From positions 142,079,363 through 142,143,362 of the forward strand of contig JASCQW010000001.1 in NCBI GenBank assembly GCA_030264375.1: a stretch of 64,000 bases of DNA, given 5' to 3'. Positions 61,661 to 64,000 of the stretch are shown one piece after another. The notes beneath the pieces were generated by a model. That model made no database searches. It saw only the letters and a program-made list of their open reading frames with translations, and was not told the DNA's origin. The position numbers and the translations under genes were made by a program. The DNA is from Carcharhinus longimanus (taxonomy: Eukaryota). Position 1 is the first letter of the stretch, and each line of letters begins with the position of its first letter.

Positions 61661-64000
61661 CATCCCTCCCCTTGCTCTGATGATGAATGGAAATATGTAA
61701 TAAATGTACAACTCCTCCTCAATACCAAAAGATGGGAAACTTTTTTTTTAAAACAGTGCCACCTATGAAGGTCGACAGGTTGGCAGAGATTAGCTAAAAT
61801 TTAATTGGATTTACCTGGCCAAGTTCACAAATCTTCACTATGTATAGCATGTGAACTCAATTGACTGGCCACCTGATACTGTCCCATGCCAGCGGACCCT
61901 TTGAACTGCTGGCCGTGACCTTATTCTGGGTCTTGGCCTGCAGCTTCCGAAACTGGGCATTCCATCCTCCATTACTCATTGAGTGGGATGACAATCCATT
62001 ATCCACCCTTGCCGCTAATTGGTGGCAGTTTGCAGATCATCAGACACGCACCAACCGCGGATCTGTAAGTTGGAATGCTGACACTTTTGGGTACGGAACC
62101 CACTATCAGCGCGCAAGCATGTTATTCAGCCAGTGGCAGTGGGGTATTTCTGGTCTGCAGATCTATGGAAGAGCTGTCTCCTAATAACAGATGCTGGTAT
62201 CGTTGCTGCTAATGGAGAGGCCACATGGCGATACTTTAGTTGCCACATTACCAGAACACTTGAGTGAAGCATATAAGTAGGTTGTGGGTGTTTTCGATCC
62301 AGCACAGGCTCTGAGTCAGTTAAGATTTTCCCCAGTGTTGAACAGTCTGGGTTCCTACATGAATAATGGTCACTTGGGTCAGCTGCTGGTTTCATATTTC
62401 AGCCAAAGGCATCTTCAAGAAAGGAGAAAAAAAGAAAAGGCATAGTAAAAAGACTGTTGTGGAATGAGAGTAATAAAAATACCATAATATTGCCCTTTAT
62501 CTGTGTTGATACTGATCTGAAACCTGAACAGACAGCAGTGGGAGAATTTTCTGTTTAGTAATGGTTTACATAAGTGTCTGCTCAGACATCAACAAACTTG
62601 AATCCAAAGGCAAACAGAATGAAGTCTGGTAGACAATCACAACACTGAGAAACCCAAGCTCAGAGTGGAAGTGTAGCTTTGAACAAGAAAGTGATCATTC
62701 CAACAACTAAAGTTACATAATTAGCGTAGTGCCCAGGGTACCTCTGCTCAGAGTAGTTGAAACAGTCGCCGGAAGCATTGTAAAAAAGGCATCCATTCCT
62801 TTGGATGTATGTACTCTTGTAATAATCTCTAAACCAAATGAACAGCAGGCGTCTTTGTTCTCCAGAGTTTAGGAAGAACTGTGAGCCATGCTGACTGTGT
62901 GCATTCAATTAGTCAACTTAAAGACATTGGCATAGTTTTTCCGATTGGCAGTTGCATTTGAACAGATTTAATATATTTTGAGGCCAGGCTATTGCCAGAT
63001 TGATTTTTCCAGCAACTGTGTCCAGTGGTAATGGTTACCACAAGAATCATTAAAATTTAATTAAACCAGTAAGTATGTGGAACAAAATGTTCTAAATTCC
63101 AACTTTCAAACTCAAATTTCAATTTTAAGCAACCAATCTGGACTTGACAGTACTAGGGTCAGAGGGTTATAGAATTCTATTCAGATGCATTTTCCAAGGT
63201 GCCAACTGCACAATAAATCTGCAGTTACCTCTAAATTGCCCCTTAATTGCCACAAAGTGTAATGCTCAGGCCATAGTCACCTCTCTCTATTTTAATTCTT
63301 TCGTCTTCGTAATAGTTAACAGGTGAGAAAGATTTTCATGTGCAGCTGTTCATAGAAAGGTCCAGAGTTATTTTGAGGTAGCACAGTTGTGGTACTTTTC
63401 TCTCCCTCACTCTTTCGTTCGCTAATGATAATTAAAATGTCAGCACAAGTACAAAGAGAGGAAACTTTATACTCACAAACTTAAGCACTGGTATTAGCAA
63501 ATAAAAAATGCATTATATAAAGTTTAATATGCTATACACAAACATTCTCAATTAAAATTCCTAGAGCCTAATTGATTGCTGTGGAGCTGCATCATATTAC
63601 ACAGATCGTGCTGGGAAAAGATGTAAAGGATTGGCAGAGTAAATTTTCATTTAAAGGAAAGAATCATGATAATGTCGTTATTAGTAAAGCAGAAATAAAG
63701 CATTCGAAAGTTGATTCATCCTAAAATGATGTAAATATTCAACGGCCAACAAAATTAGACATTCCAGTAACTATTAGGGAAGCAGTTTAGAATTGCTTCT
63801 ATAGCCGTCATTTAAATATTTCAGAGCTGAAGCAATACATATTCCAATAATTAGAAAATATTTGCAGCATGAAAAGTTAATTTTCAATTTCTTTCATGTA
63901 TGTGGTTTGATACTCTTAACCTGTGTTGAAGCCATATCATTTGACTTAAGATTTGTACGTCAGCAGCTAGAATAATTCTTATTTTAGAGGAGTGACACTG

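Larger units (their letters stand above)
21311..64000 (+). other. Long FAT4 intron (>42.6 kb, open at the window end)
   Basis: No further cadherin-motif exon (DxNDN/LDRE) was found by eye or in the ORF track after the 21311 donor. The region is dominated by TE relics. Confidence 0.75.

Noticed and set aside
21311-64000. Next FAT4 exon or a nested protein-coding gene in the long intron
   Set aside because: No ORF with cadherin motifs or recognisable host-protein similarity was found. The short ORFs are consistent with chance or TE debris, although a small exon below the ORF cut-off or inside a gap cannot be excluded.
1-64000. A novel multi-gene biological system
   Set aside because: Everything recognisable is explained by FAT4 exons and known classes of shark transposable elements. 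Only the hypotheses listed under findings remain.

Overview
This is vertebrate genomic DNA, and its repeat landscape (HE1/V-SINE-like SINEs, CR1/HER1-like LINEs, Deu-domain SINEs, Harbinger-type elements) points to an elasmobranch (shark). The only host gene I can support is an internal + strand part of the giant atypical cadherin FAT4. Four phase-compatible GT-AG exons (3656-3917, 9562-9912, 19385-20304, 21136-21310) encode tandem cadherin repeats and are followed by an intron of more than 42 kb that runs off the window. The rest is intron filled with decayed transposable elements, eight assembly gaps and a few candidate conserved non-coding blocks. I found no convincing novel biological system. 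The best leads are: a SINE-supplied intronic polyadenylation/read-through route that could yield a secreted FAT4 ectodomain; a fossil two-gene Harbinger element (transposase plus Myb/SANT); SINE tail-swapping and SINE-LINE pairing; an LF-SINE-like relic; and a Penelope-type hairpin with a decayed hammerhead-like core. TE family assignments and comparisons with human FAT4 come from remembered motifs and need database confirmation.
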